A DNA stretch of 64,000 bases from a virus. Its lineage: Duplodnaviria; Caudoviricetes. This document shows positions 18,448-26,270 of this stretch, in pieces (the stretch's first letter is position 1; every line of letters starts with the position of its first letter). Both the position numbers and the translations under genes were made by a program. Where the stretch lies: positions 64,001 to 128,000 of IMG/VR virus record IMGVR_UViG_2834368228_000004, one strand, 5' to 3'. The notes below the pieces were generated by a model that was not told the origin of the DNA, made no database searches, and saw only the letters and a program-made list of their open reading frames with translations.

Positions 18448-18642
18448 CTATATAGCAAATGTTATCTCATCTTTACCAACAGATTCATCTACTACATCAA
18501 TAGAATGAAAATACCATTCGTCTATCTTTCTTTCTAATCGACTAAGCTTTCTTTGATCCCCTTGTGGTTTCAACTTGTTTTGAATAAGCTCTTCATAATA
18601 CCCTAACCTATAGTGGAACTTGGCACATTCTCTCTCTGTCAT
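18448..18642 (-). CDS. Microprotein (64 aa), paralog of 18123-18290
   Basis: AAAGGAGAAGG RBS; shared YYE..DEWY motif. Confidence 0.6.
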   Translation of the reverse strand: MTERECAKFHYRLGYYEELIQNKLKPQGDQRKLSRLERKIDEWYFHSIDVVDESVGKDEITFAI

Positions 18643-19871
18643 GCTAATACCTTCTCCTTTGTTATTCTATCTCTTTTATATATTTATATCTTCGTAACTG
18701 CCGATAGGCATCCCAAATTAAGTTCGATTAACTTACTATGTAATACACTACATCATCATAACACACAATACATTAGATTATAGTAAATATCTATACGAAC
18801 ACATACGAACAAATAGTGAACAATTTGTGACAGTTAAAGTATAATGTAGCGAAACCTTAGGAATTCCCCGTCTTAATACTATGTGAGAGGGTTTTACAAC
18901 AAACATCGAAAACTAACAGTGAAAACCTCATACTTACAGTGTAGGCATAATGAAAAAAGATAGCCTCATCAAAAAGATAGCAAACTACTAGAGAAAATGT
19001 AATACTCTTCAAGAATAGTCCTCCAAGTATAGAAAGCTACGACACCATCATCGAGTTAACCGGTACCTCCCAGCCATAGCGTGAGGATGATGTCGTCCGT
19101 GGCCCCCGTATGCCCTTTTGGAAACAGCATAAATCTAAAACCTTCGAGTCAATGTATGTACGTTTGACAAGGGAGTAAGAAAATTGATACCACCAAGCTT
19201 TCATATAGTATTTCCCTCGTGTTCCGCTTCCATATATAACCGCCATACATATAAGTGACATCACCATAAAATACATACTTCTTACCACAATAGCATGACA
19301 GTGCTCATACTTCTTAACACTAATAAAATACGCCAATACTATATAGTATGCTGTCAACATATCACCTATAGATGACACACCTTACATAGTACACTGACAG
19401 TATGGTCGCCTGTAGTAAACTTGGGGAATGTAGGGTGCCGGCAGTGTTGCCGATAATAATAAACCCACCACATGTAGGAGCTACCACACCCACTGGGAGG
19501 TGAATGAGATTGTCTGACGGGAGTTGCAATGTTACCGAAGGTTAAATGTCACGTTGGCATCAGGGAAGCTGAGAGAGCCTTCTATTTAATCCTGAGCGGT
19601 TTAGCGATAAGAAGGATGGTAGCATGCGGTGTGTGTGGGTGTTGAGTAGAACACGTACAATGTGTGAGTGTTCGGATGGTGGCGTACGGATAATGCGAGA
19701 CTGATATATACTTTTGCTCGGTCAAAGTATGCTATGTGTGTGGTGAAAGGCGAACAATGATAGGGAGCGGATGGTGTGGATAGCCTTCTCCGAAGGTAGA
19801 GAGGGAGGGAGAGAGGGTAGTATGTTGAGGGTTATCATATATGAGGATGTAGCATGCACACCCGAAGGGTG

Positions 19872-19899
19872 GGAGAACCCCTATCCGAAGGAGTTCTCC
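19872..19899 (-). terminator. Strong hairpin 3' of RNA polymerase gene (no U-tract)
   Basis: GGAGAACTCC-ttcggata-GGGGTTCTCC on minus strand, followed by a second hairpin CACCC-TTC-GGGTG. Confidence 0.5.
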
Positions 19900-19937
19900 A
19901 TTGTCATACTTGGGTGATTAAGCTATAATTACAGTTA

Positions 19938-22900
19938 TTAAGCGCCTAGCTTGATTAGCTTCCCTACTTCTAGGTTAACAGTGCGAGTACCTTTGCCGAG
20001 GTTACAAGCATCTACTGATAACATGAACTTATCATGACCTAGTAGTGGGGAAATGTTGTTTCTTGAGTTATATGCAAAACCTACTTCAGTCTTATTAATG
20101 AATAGCTTATACTTGTCACCTACACCTTGAATAAAGATGCTTTGAGTAGATAAGCCTTCTAATACTGTGTCTAATGTAAACTTCTCTTGAATGTCATCTG
20201 GAATACATACAGCAACAGTGAAGTTATTATCAATCACTTGATTAGATACAATTTGATCTTGCTTCGGTTTATTCTCCATGTAAGAAAGAGTTTGAATGAA
20301 TGCTTCACGTGTAATCGTCCAAGGGAATGAAAGACCTGCATCTTGTTTACGATCTACATATGTTGCATAGTATGCTGCATATCCGATATCTTTAGCTGGA
20401 TACTGGCTCATTAGTTCTGCTACTCTGTCACGAGCTTGTTCAGCAATCGTACCGATGTGAGTTGAAACCATCTCATCGATTTCATTCATTTTAAGTTCAC
20501 GTTCTCCTTCTTCAAGGTTGCCACTCATAATCTTATTCTTATATTCTTCTGCTCCTCTGTATGTTTGACGAACAGCGCCACCGTAACCTGCTTTGATTTG
20601 TTTTACTTGATTCAATAGCATGTTAAAGTAGTTTGGATCTAAGTTGAATGAACTGTTCATCTTAGTAAGCAATGAGTAGCTGTTAGCATCTTGATACATA
20701 ACTTCTATTTTGTTAGTAAGCTCTTTATCTTCAAAGTCTTGTACCATTTCCATTAGTCTAGATAATACGGATCCTACATCATGTCCGTCTTTACCTTTAC
20801 GGCTTGCCAACCAGTTAGGCTTATTCCATACTCTTCTGCCTAATCCTTTATTGAAGTAAGATAGCTCTTCAGGTGGGTTAACCATGAAGTCTAATGTTTC
20901 TTTCATCACTTCTTGATAAGCACCACCGTGTTTAGCTGCATCAATTTCCCATCCTTGTACAAGGCGAAGAATGTTGATCCAGTTTTCATACTTGTTAATA
21001 CGTTGTAGCATATTATCTTTCTCTTGAGGTGATGCATCTTTAATCATATAGTCATAGCCGATACCACGAACACCATCAGCTAAGATACTAGCGATGTTTG
21101 TTGCTAATCCGATTTTGTTAGGCTTCAACGTTCTGATAACATAGTCGATACCTAGTTTATGAATCTCTTCATAAAGAGCGGTTGTTTTCTGTCTATCTGT
21201 GAAAGTAACACGATAGTTGCTTTGGCTAACAACCATGTCAACTGGTAAGCGATACACACCAGTCATTGGCTTAGAGTATGGAACACCATCTCCAAGAAAT
21301 TCTACTTCTCCATTCACATCTGTGAAAGAGATATCCATTAATGGTGGGAATACTTTACGTTGTAATGCTTCTACAACTGCTGGCTCTGTAACAGTTAATG
21401 CTGTATCACCATCGTTGTCTGCTCCACCCATTGCGAATGTAGCAAAGTCATGAACACTCATAACTAGCAAGTTACGGAATCCACCTTTACGAGAAGCTTG
21501 ATTATACACTTCAATACCACGATTACGTAGTACTTGCCACTCACCTTTAGCAATCATTGGATTACGACCAGCCGCTACATACAAAGGTGATTTATCTTTG
21601 TGTGCAGATGGGATGTAAGCTTCATTTGGTTGAATGTGATAGTCACCACGATTAGTAATCATCAGTTGACCTTCATCATTACGCACTTCATATTTTGTAC
21701 CAGCTTCTAGTACAGCATATGGATCTTGAATCATGTAGCGGTAGTGTCCTTCTACTGGAATGTTACCAGTTTTCCACTCTTGAATCTTTTCTTTCAACAC
21801 ATCTAATGCATAACGTTTCATTTGTACATCATCGTAGGACCATTCGAACATATCCAAGAAAGTAGTAAACGTGGATACACGAGATTGATCTAACAGATAG
21901 TGTTCTACTTCTGCATCAAGTAAATCGGAATCAATGACTTTATCTAATCCGACATACTTCTTCATAAGAGATGGATCATGCAATGCATTACCGATTTCAT
22001 CTAAATGTGGTTTCAATACATTCCACAAGTCATTAACATTGAGTGAAGAAGCTTGAATGAATTGATATGGCATATCAGTGTAAGACTTAACTTTACTCAT
22101 TGGCTTGTTGAACATAGCAATACGTAATTGTGGTACAAAGTTAGGGTTAGATTTGAATAGTAACTCAAAGCTACCTTTTACTGCTGACTTAAGTGCAACT
22201 ACATGTGCATCATAATAGCTGCGTAAGTTAGGAACAAAGATCATTAAGCCTTTTACAAATGGAGTAATACGAATTTGCCATGCATCATTGAACTGGCCAA
22301 ACTCCGCTCCAAGTGTATGATACATTTCTTCATCACAGAATAAAGCTCCATCAGCTGCAGTTAGTGTAATTGGATGCTCACTTGCATCGAATACTCTGAA
22401 CTCTTGACGTTCCTTATCCCAAGCACGGTACGTACCAGTGTTGATTTCAACAAAGCGGTCTTCTACCAATGCAATCGTATGAGTTCCACCAGTTAGATAT
22501 TGATCTCCAGTCTCAATATTAGTGACTACTTCGTTACCAAAGCGGACTGTCTTAGATGCAATACTGTTCGTACCAGCTAGTCCTGGACGAGTCATCATTT
22601 TGTCTACATCGATTACATAGTTGCCATCACGATCTACTTTTGCATAAGCTAAGAAATCATGTCCAAGCACACGATATGCATCGATAGGGGACATTACATT
22701 TGTATCAATGAATACTGCTTGCAATAGTCTTGCTTGTGAAGCTGAGCGTAATAAGAAGAATGCATGACTTTCATCACCATGCTCATTCATGTAATAGAAA
22801 CCTTCTTTCATAACTTTCGTACGAAGCTCTACTAATTCATGATCTTCTTCAGTGTAATCCATTTCATCCTCTGGAAGCTCAATGTACAAGTCTGCAAAGA

Positions 22901-23474
22901 AGATGTGACGCATTGGCAGCATAACACGTTGTTTAATCAATTGACCATCCTTCGTGAATTCAATTACTTCAGAAGCGGATGCAAAGCTTTCACTTAGGAA
23001 TGACTCACTGATCTCTTTGTAAGAATCAACATTCACTTCAGTATAATCAATTGTAGAATATACTTTATCTTCACGTAGCTCCATGCTATTTATCTTAGCA
23101 ATAGGAACAAGAACACCTTTACGTGTTGGTGCATATACACGATTAGCTAGTTTGTGTGAACTAACAAACTCTTTGAAGTAGCGAAACTGATTAGATGGTA
23201 CATCAGCAATAGATGGATCTTTAAGAATATCAAGTAGTACATTACCTTTTGACATAGCATTTAATACACGAGCAAAGTTCTTAGAGTTACGTGACTTGAA
23301 TCCTTCAGCAACAGAAAGAGCTGCTAAGATATCTTGTACAGTAAATAGGTATCCATTTTCTTGTAGTAGTGAGCGATTTTCGATAGTTGTGTTCATAGTT
23401 AAAACATCTCCTTTAGTTTGGTTGTTTAATTTAGTTGATAAAGATTTCGCAGTTTGATTTTTCATAGTAATCAT
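19938..23474 (-). CDS. Single-subunit two-barrel RNA polymerase (YonO / eukaryotic RdRP-like)
   Basis: ADG, WQIRITPFVKG, GRNPMIAKGE, MGGADNDGD catalytic DxDGD motif, KIGLATN, EIDAAKHG; likely starts at 23465 or 23396. Confidence 0.85.
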   Translation of the reverse strand: MITMKNQTAKSLSTKLNNQTKGDVLTMNTTIENRSLLQENGYLFTVQDILAALSVAEGFKSRNSKNFARVLNAMSKGNVLLDILKDPSIADVPSNQFRYFKEFVSSHKLANRVYAPTRKGVLVPIAKINSMELREDKVYSTIDYTEVNVDSYKEISESFLSESFASASEVIEFTKDGQLIKQRVMLPMRHIFFADLYIELPEDEMDYTEEDHELVELRTKVMKEGFYYMNEHGDESHAFFLLRSASQARLLQAVFIDTNVMSPIDAYRVLGHDFLAYAKVDRDGNYVIDVDKMMTRPGLAGTNSIASKTVRFGNEVVTNIETGDQYLTGGTHTIALVEDRFVEINTGTYRAWDKERQEFRVFDASEHPITLTAADGALFCDEEMYHTLGAEFGQFNDAWQIRITPFVKGLMIFVPNLRSYYDAHVVALKSAVKGSFELLFKSNPNFVPQLRIAMFNKPMSKVKSYTDMPYQFIQASSLNVNDLWNVLKPHLDEIGNALHDPSLMKKYVGLDKVIDSDLLDAEVEHYLLDQSRVSTFTTFLDMFEWSYDDVQMKRYALDVLKEKIQEWKTGNIPVEGHYRYMIQDPYAVLEAGTKYEVRNDEGQLMITNRGDYHIQPNEAYIPSAHKDKSPLYVAAGRNPMIAKGEWQVLRNRGIEVYNQASRKGGFRNLLVMSVHDFATFAMGGADNDGDTALTVTEPAVVEALQRKVFPPLMDISFTDVNGEVEFLGDGVPYSKPMTGVYRLPVDMVVSQSNYRVTFTDRQKTTALYEEIHKLGIDYVIRTLKPNKIGLATNIASILADGVRGIGYDYMIKDASPQEKDNMLQRINKYENWINILRLVQGWEIDAAKHGGAYQEVMKETLDFMVNPPEELSYFNKGLGRRVWNKPNWLASRKGKDGHDVGSVLSRLMEMVQDFEDKELTNKIEVMYQDANSYSLLTKMNSSFNLDPNYFNMLLNQVKQIKAGYGGAVRQTYRGAEEYKNKIMSGNLEEGERELKMNEIDEMVSTHIGTIAEQARDRVAELMSQYPAKDIGYAAYYATYVDRKQDAGLSFPWTITREAFIQTLSYMENKPKQDQIVSNQVIDNNFTVAVCIPDDIQEKFTLDTVLEGLSTQSIFIQGVGDKYKLFINKTEVGFAYNSRNNISPLLGHDKFMLSVDACNLGKGTRTVNLEVGKLIKLGA

Positions 23475-23492
23475 TTCTCCTTTTATTAGCTA

Positions 23493-23888
23493 TTAGTTGT
23501 ATAGGCCTAAGATATCGGCTACAATATCTCTTGTGAGATTCTCTTCGATCAGGAAGCAAATCTCTGAACGGTCTACTAAACCGTAGACATCAAAGTGGAA
23601 GACCAACACAGGTCTTGGAAACTTATGGTGAGCGTTGCCATATCGTCTCAAAACATGTATGGTAACGCCCTCCAACATATACTTCTTAACATACTTCACA
23701 TAATTCTTGGAGTCAGACAAGGTGACGTCAACAGGGACATCACCAATGAAACAGTCTGTTCCATAATAAAAATCTTCTTCCTCTGTAGAAGGACGATACT
23801 CTTCATAGAAGAGGTCCTCAAATAGATCCAATACGTATGCTTCTACATATTCACCATGACTCATATTGCTACGATAAGACGTACTCAT
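23493..23888 (-). CDS. Acidic PD-(D/E)xK-like fold protein
   Basis: ATG 23888 after GAGGAG; G..VE...ST.EED..GTD.FI....VDVT. Confidence 0.5.
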   Translation of the reverse strand: MSTSYRSNMSHGEYVEAYVLDLFEDLFYEEYRPSTEEEDFYYGTDCFIGDVPVDVTLSDSKNYVKYVKKYMLEGVTIHVLRRYGNAHHKFPRPVLVFHFDVYGLVDRSEICFLIEENLTRDIVADILGLYN

Positions 23889-24079
23889 TTCTGCTTCTCC
23901 TCTCTTAGAACTGGATAAGTGATTAAGCATTCGATTACATTACTTCTAACCGAATAAACCCCATATCTTGCACGATGTTTCTTGTCATATCCGATAAAGA
24001 TTGAATATAGATAACCAAAGTCATCGTCATAACCTAAATACTCGCCATTTGTTACTAGTCTTCTAAATGAAACTCTCAT
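23885..24079 (-). CDS. Hypothetical protein
   Basis: ATG 24079 after AAAAGGAGTG. Confidence 0.55.
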   Translation of the reverse strand: MRVSFRRLVTNGEYLGYDDDFGYLYSIFIGYDKKHRARYGVYSVRSNVIECLITYPVLREEKQK

Positions 24080-24129
24080 AGTTAACACTCCTTTTGTTTG
24101 TTTTTAAGTTGATTAAAGTAATACATTTC

Positions 24130-24196
24130 AAACAGGCATAAGCCTCTCATAGACAGCGAGCGGTCACTCTAAGAGAACCATCTATGGCATCTGTTT
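24130..24196 (-). ncRNA. Unassigned pseudoknotted structured RNA
   Basis: Outer AAACAG/CTGTTT, P1 ATAGATGG/CTGTCTAT, hairpin GAGT/GCTC, pseudoknot CTCTTA/TGAGAG; GU wobbles only work on minus strand. Confidence 0.5.
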
Positions 24197-24221
24197 AACC
24201 CAATACAGTGGGATGTTCACA

Positions 24222-24303
24222 TGCTTCAACGTGCTGAGTGGTCTAAGACCCATGCCTATCTTCGACCACTACATAGATAGGGTGAGGGGATGTTCCTGAA
24301 GCA
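24222..24303 (-). ncRNA. Unassigned pseudoknotted structured RNA
   Basis: Outer TGCTTCA/TGAAGCA, hairpin CCTATCT/AGATAGG, loop AGTGGTC pairs with downstream GACCACT. Confidence 0.5.
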
Positions 24304-24319
24304 ACGACAACATAGCTAG

Positions 24320-24805
24320 TTAAGCTATCAATGAATAAGCGAATACATCAAACACTTCACTAAGCCCTACAAAGCCTTCATGCATAACTGTTGATATGAA
24401 GTAGATAGGTGCTATAGCAAGCAAGATACCTGTTGATGATAAGAGACCAACACTTAAATGTTTGAATGCTGTTGCAACCATATCTCTACCAGTAGCTAGA
24501 TGCTTGTATCTGTTGTAGTAGGAGATCATCTTTACTCCTGCATAGAATGTTGCACTAACAGGTATAAACAAGGCTCCTTGTGTGACAAGGCCTGCTGCAA
24601 ATGAAGTTGTTGTCACTAGAGCAGCTGATTTCCAATGCTTAGCCGACAGTTCCTTCACGTTCTTGTAAGCTGAGCCTAGCCCTCGCTTTACAGAAGTGAC
24701 AGCTTTAGATGCCTTAAACTTACTCCAACCTTTCTTCACACTCTCTAAAACATCAGCAAATACATTACCTTTCATGTCTTCTTTCGCTTGTACTGTGATA
24801 ATCAT
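24320..24805 (-). CDS. Membrane protein with basic amphipathic N-terminus
   Basis: 161 aa, GAAAGGA RBS, two to three hydrophobic segments. Confidence 0.65.
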   Translation of the reverse strand: MIITVQAKEDMKGNVFADVLESVKKGWSKFKASKAVTSVKRGLGSAYKNVKELSAKHWKSAALVTTTSFAAGLVTQGALFIPVSATFYAGVKMISYYNRYKHLATGRDMVATAFKHLSVGLLSSTGILLAIAPIYFISTVMHEGFVGLSEVFDVFAYSLIA

Positions 24806-24853
24806 GGTAAATCCTTTCTATATGCTCGGTTTTATGTCATGAGCTGGACTAGT

Positions 24854-24922
24854 TTGACTTGTCTTATCAATGCAGGGATAGTCAATCACCTACAGACACC
24901 CCTCCTCTAGGGTGTTTCGACA
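24854..24922 (-). ncRNA. Hammerhead ribozyme, type II, U3-A8 core variant
   Basis: UGUC-GAAA-CACCCU/GGGGUGU-C^ UGUAGG/CCUGCA-UUGAUAA-GACA; loop I UUGACU pairs with 3' tail AGUCAA; predicted cut between 24895 and 24894. Confidence 0.85.
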
Positions 24923-25099
24923 TTAAAGGGATATGATTGTGTATCCTTCAGCATCTACTCCAAGATTTACTTCTGCTTTCTTAACCGCATTAATAATCAA
25001 GTGCTGATTGTATCCTCGTTTCATTAAGTCTCCGAAACGAATAACCTTTCCTTGTCCTTTGATTTGCTTGAATAGAGTTACCAGTGTGTTTGTTTGCAT
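24923..25099 (-). CDS. 58-aa protein, first gene of the leftward transcript
   Basis: AAAAGGA RBS; MQTNTLVTLFKQIKGQGKVIRFGDLMKRGYNQ...; stop codon abuts the hammerhead. Confidence 0.6.
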   Translation of the reverse strand: MQTNTLVTLFKQIKGQGKVIRFGDLMKRGYNQHLIINAVKKAEVNLGVDAEGYTIISL

Positions 25100-25237
25100 T
25101 CTTCATCATCCTTTTCAATTAGTAGTAGGGGGTGGGGGCGACAAACGCCTATTAGAAAACCCTATTAAAAAAGGTGCTACCCTACGCAATTTTTTTATAA
25201 AAAATGTCCCATATAGGGATTTCCCCATGTTTGTGGG

Positions 25238-25283
25238 ATGACAATTGAGAAAGTTTGTTATACACTGTTTGTAATGCATTACA
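25238..25283 (+). promoter_or_regulatory. Sigma-A-type promoter with palindromic operator over +1
   Basis: ATGACA-17 bp-TACACT, then TGTAATGCATTACA at 25270-25283. Confidence 0.6.
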
Positions 25284-25299
25284 TAAAAGGAGGTAAGTT

Positions 25300-25671
25300 A
25301 TGAGTAGATTAAAGCTTGTGGATTTAGAGTCGGAGTCTGTCGAATATAAGGAATTAAAAAATAAAAAAATATATAGGCCAACTGCCATACCTTATGTGTA
25401 CTTTAATTACTGTTGTGAGAATAAAGGTGACTTCACACTATTGAAATATGACCCTATCTTTGGAACTGATGTCATCATTTCGAAGTCATTAGGTTTTATA
25501 AAGATTCCATATAAACTGTTGGAGAAATTAAAAGCCTGGTATAACAGAAAGCTTATGTATATCGCAATTAACCTTCACAACAAGCGAAAGATTGATTTAC
25601 CTGAAGGAGTTAGGTTGAGCTTATTAGATGTATGGAACCTTAGGAAAGAAAAGAAAAAAGGAGTGAAGTAA
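25300..25671 (+). CDS. Hypothetical basic protein
   Basis: 123 aa, AAAGGAGGT RBS. Confidence 0.65.
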   Translation: MSRLKLVDLESESVEYKELKNKKIYRPTAIPYVYFNYCCENKGDFTLLKYDPIFGTDVIISKSLGFIKIPYKLLEKLKAWYNRKLMYIAINLHNKRKIDLPEGVRLSLLDVWNLRKEKKKGVK

Positions 25672-25674
25672 ACG

Positions 25675-26031
25675 ATGAGAATAACAAATGAGGAAATTGC
25701 AAATCTATGTCACAGCATAAACAAAGCATACTGTGAAAGTATTGGTGATTACTCCCAACCTTCGTGGGAAGATGCCCCTGGATGGCAGAAGAAAAGCGCT
25801 ATTGCAGGTGTAGAGTTCCACATGAATAATGAAGTAACTCCAGAGGATTCTCATGAAAGCTGGAGTAAACAGAAAATATTAGATGGATGGAAATTTGGAG
25901 AAGTAAAGGATCCTATTAAAAAAGAGCATCCTTGTTTAGTTCCTTACAGTGAGCTGCCACCAGAACAAAGAGTGAAAGACTACTTGTTTAAAGATGTCGT
26001 AGATACCGTGAAAGCATTAAGGGAAAATTAA
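25675..26031 (+). CDS. RyR-domain phage protein
   Basis: HESW...K..DGWKFG.VKD...KEHPCLVPYSELP.EQR.KD. Confidence 0.8.
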   Translation: MRITNEEIANLCHSINKAYCESIGDYSQPSWEDAPGWQKKSAIAGVEFHMNNEVTPEDSHESWSKQKILDGWKFGEVKDPIKKEHPCLVPYSELPPEQRVKDYLFKDVVDTVKALREN

Positions 26032-26032
26032 T

Positions 26033-26260
26033 ATGTTAACTTTCATGATAATCTGGGTTCTTACTTCAAGTGTCTCTTGGATTTTGGCAAGAATTTCATT
26101 AAAGATAAGTAGAAGTCCAGTTACTTTCATTGATCTACTATATGTCTTAATACCATTTTTAAATATGATTTCTATAATTTTTTCGATGGTATATCTTGTC
26201 AGAAAATACATCCAGAAGAAAAATATAAAGGTGAATTGGAATAAGTTTTTTAGACTATGA
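26033..26260 (+). CDS. Small two-TM membrane protein
   Basis: 75 aa, hydrophobic, LIPFLN, basic tail. Confidence 0.55.
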   Translation: MLTFMIIWVLTSSVSWILARISLKISRSPVTFIDLLYVLIPFLNMISIIFSMVYLVRKYIQKKNIKVNWNKFFRL

Positions 26261-26270
26261 GACTAATAGT

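Noticed and set aside
18794-18822. LexA/SOS box
   Set aside because: CGAAC half-sites are in direct orientation, not the CGAAC-N4-GTTCG inverted form
19037-19378. 113-aa minus-strand ORF
   Set aside because: Weak start context and atypical Y/M/V/C-rich composition explained by local strand skew; treated as noncoding
25270-25283. Palindrome as a CcpA cre site
   Set aside because: cre has a central CG (TGWAARCGYTWNCA); this site has a central GC
25008-25388. ORFs 25008-25241 (+) and 25182-25388 (-)
   Set aside because: They overlap the better supported 58-aa minus gene, the G-run/promoter region and the 123-aa gene
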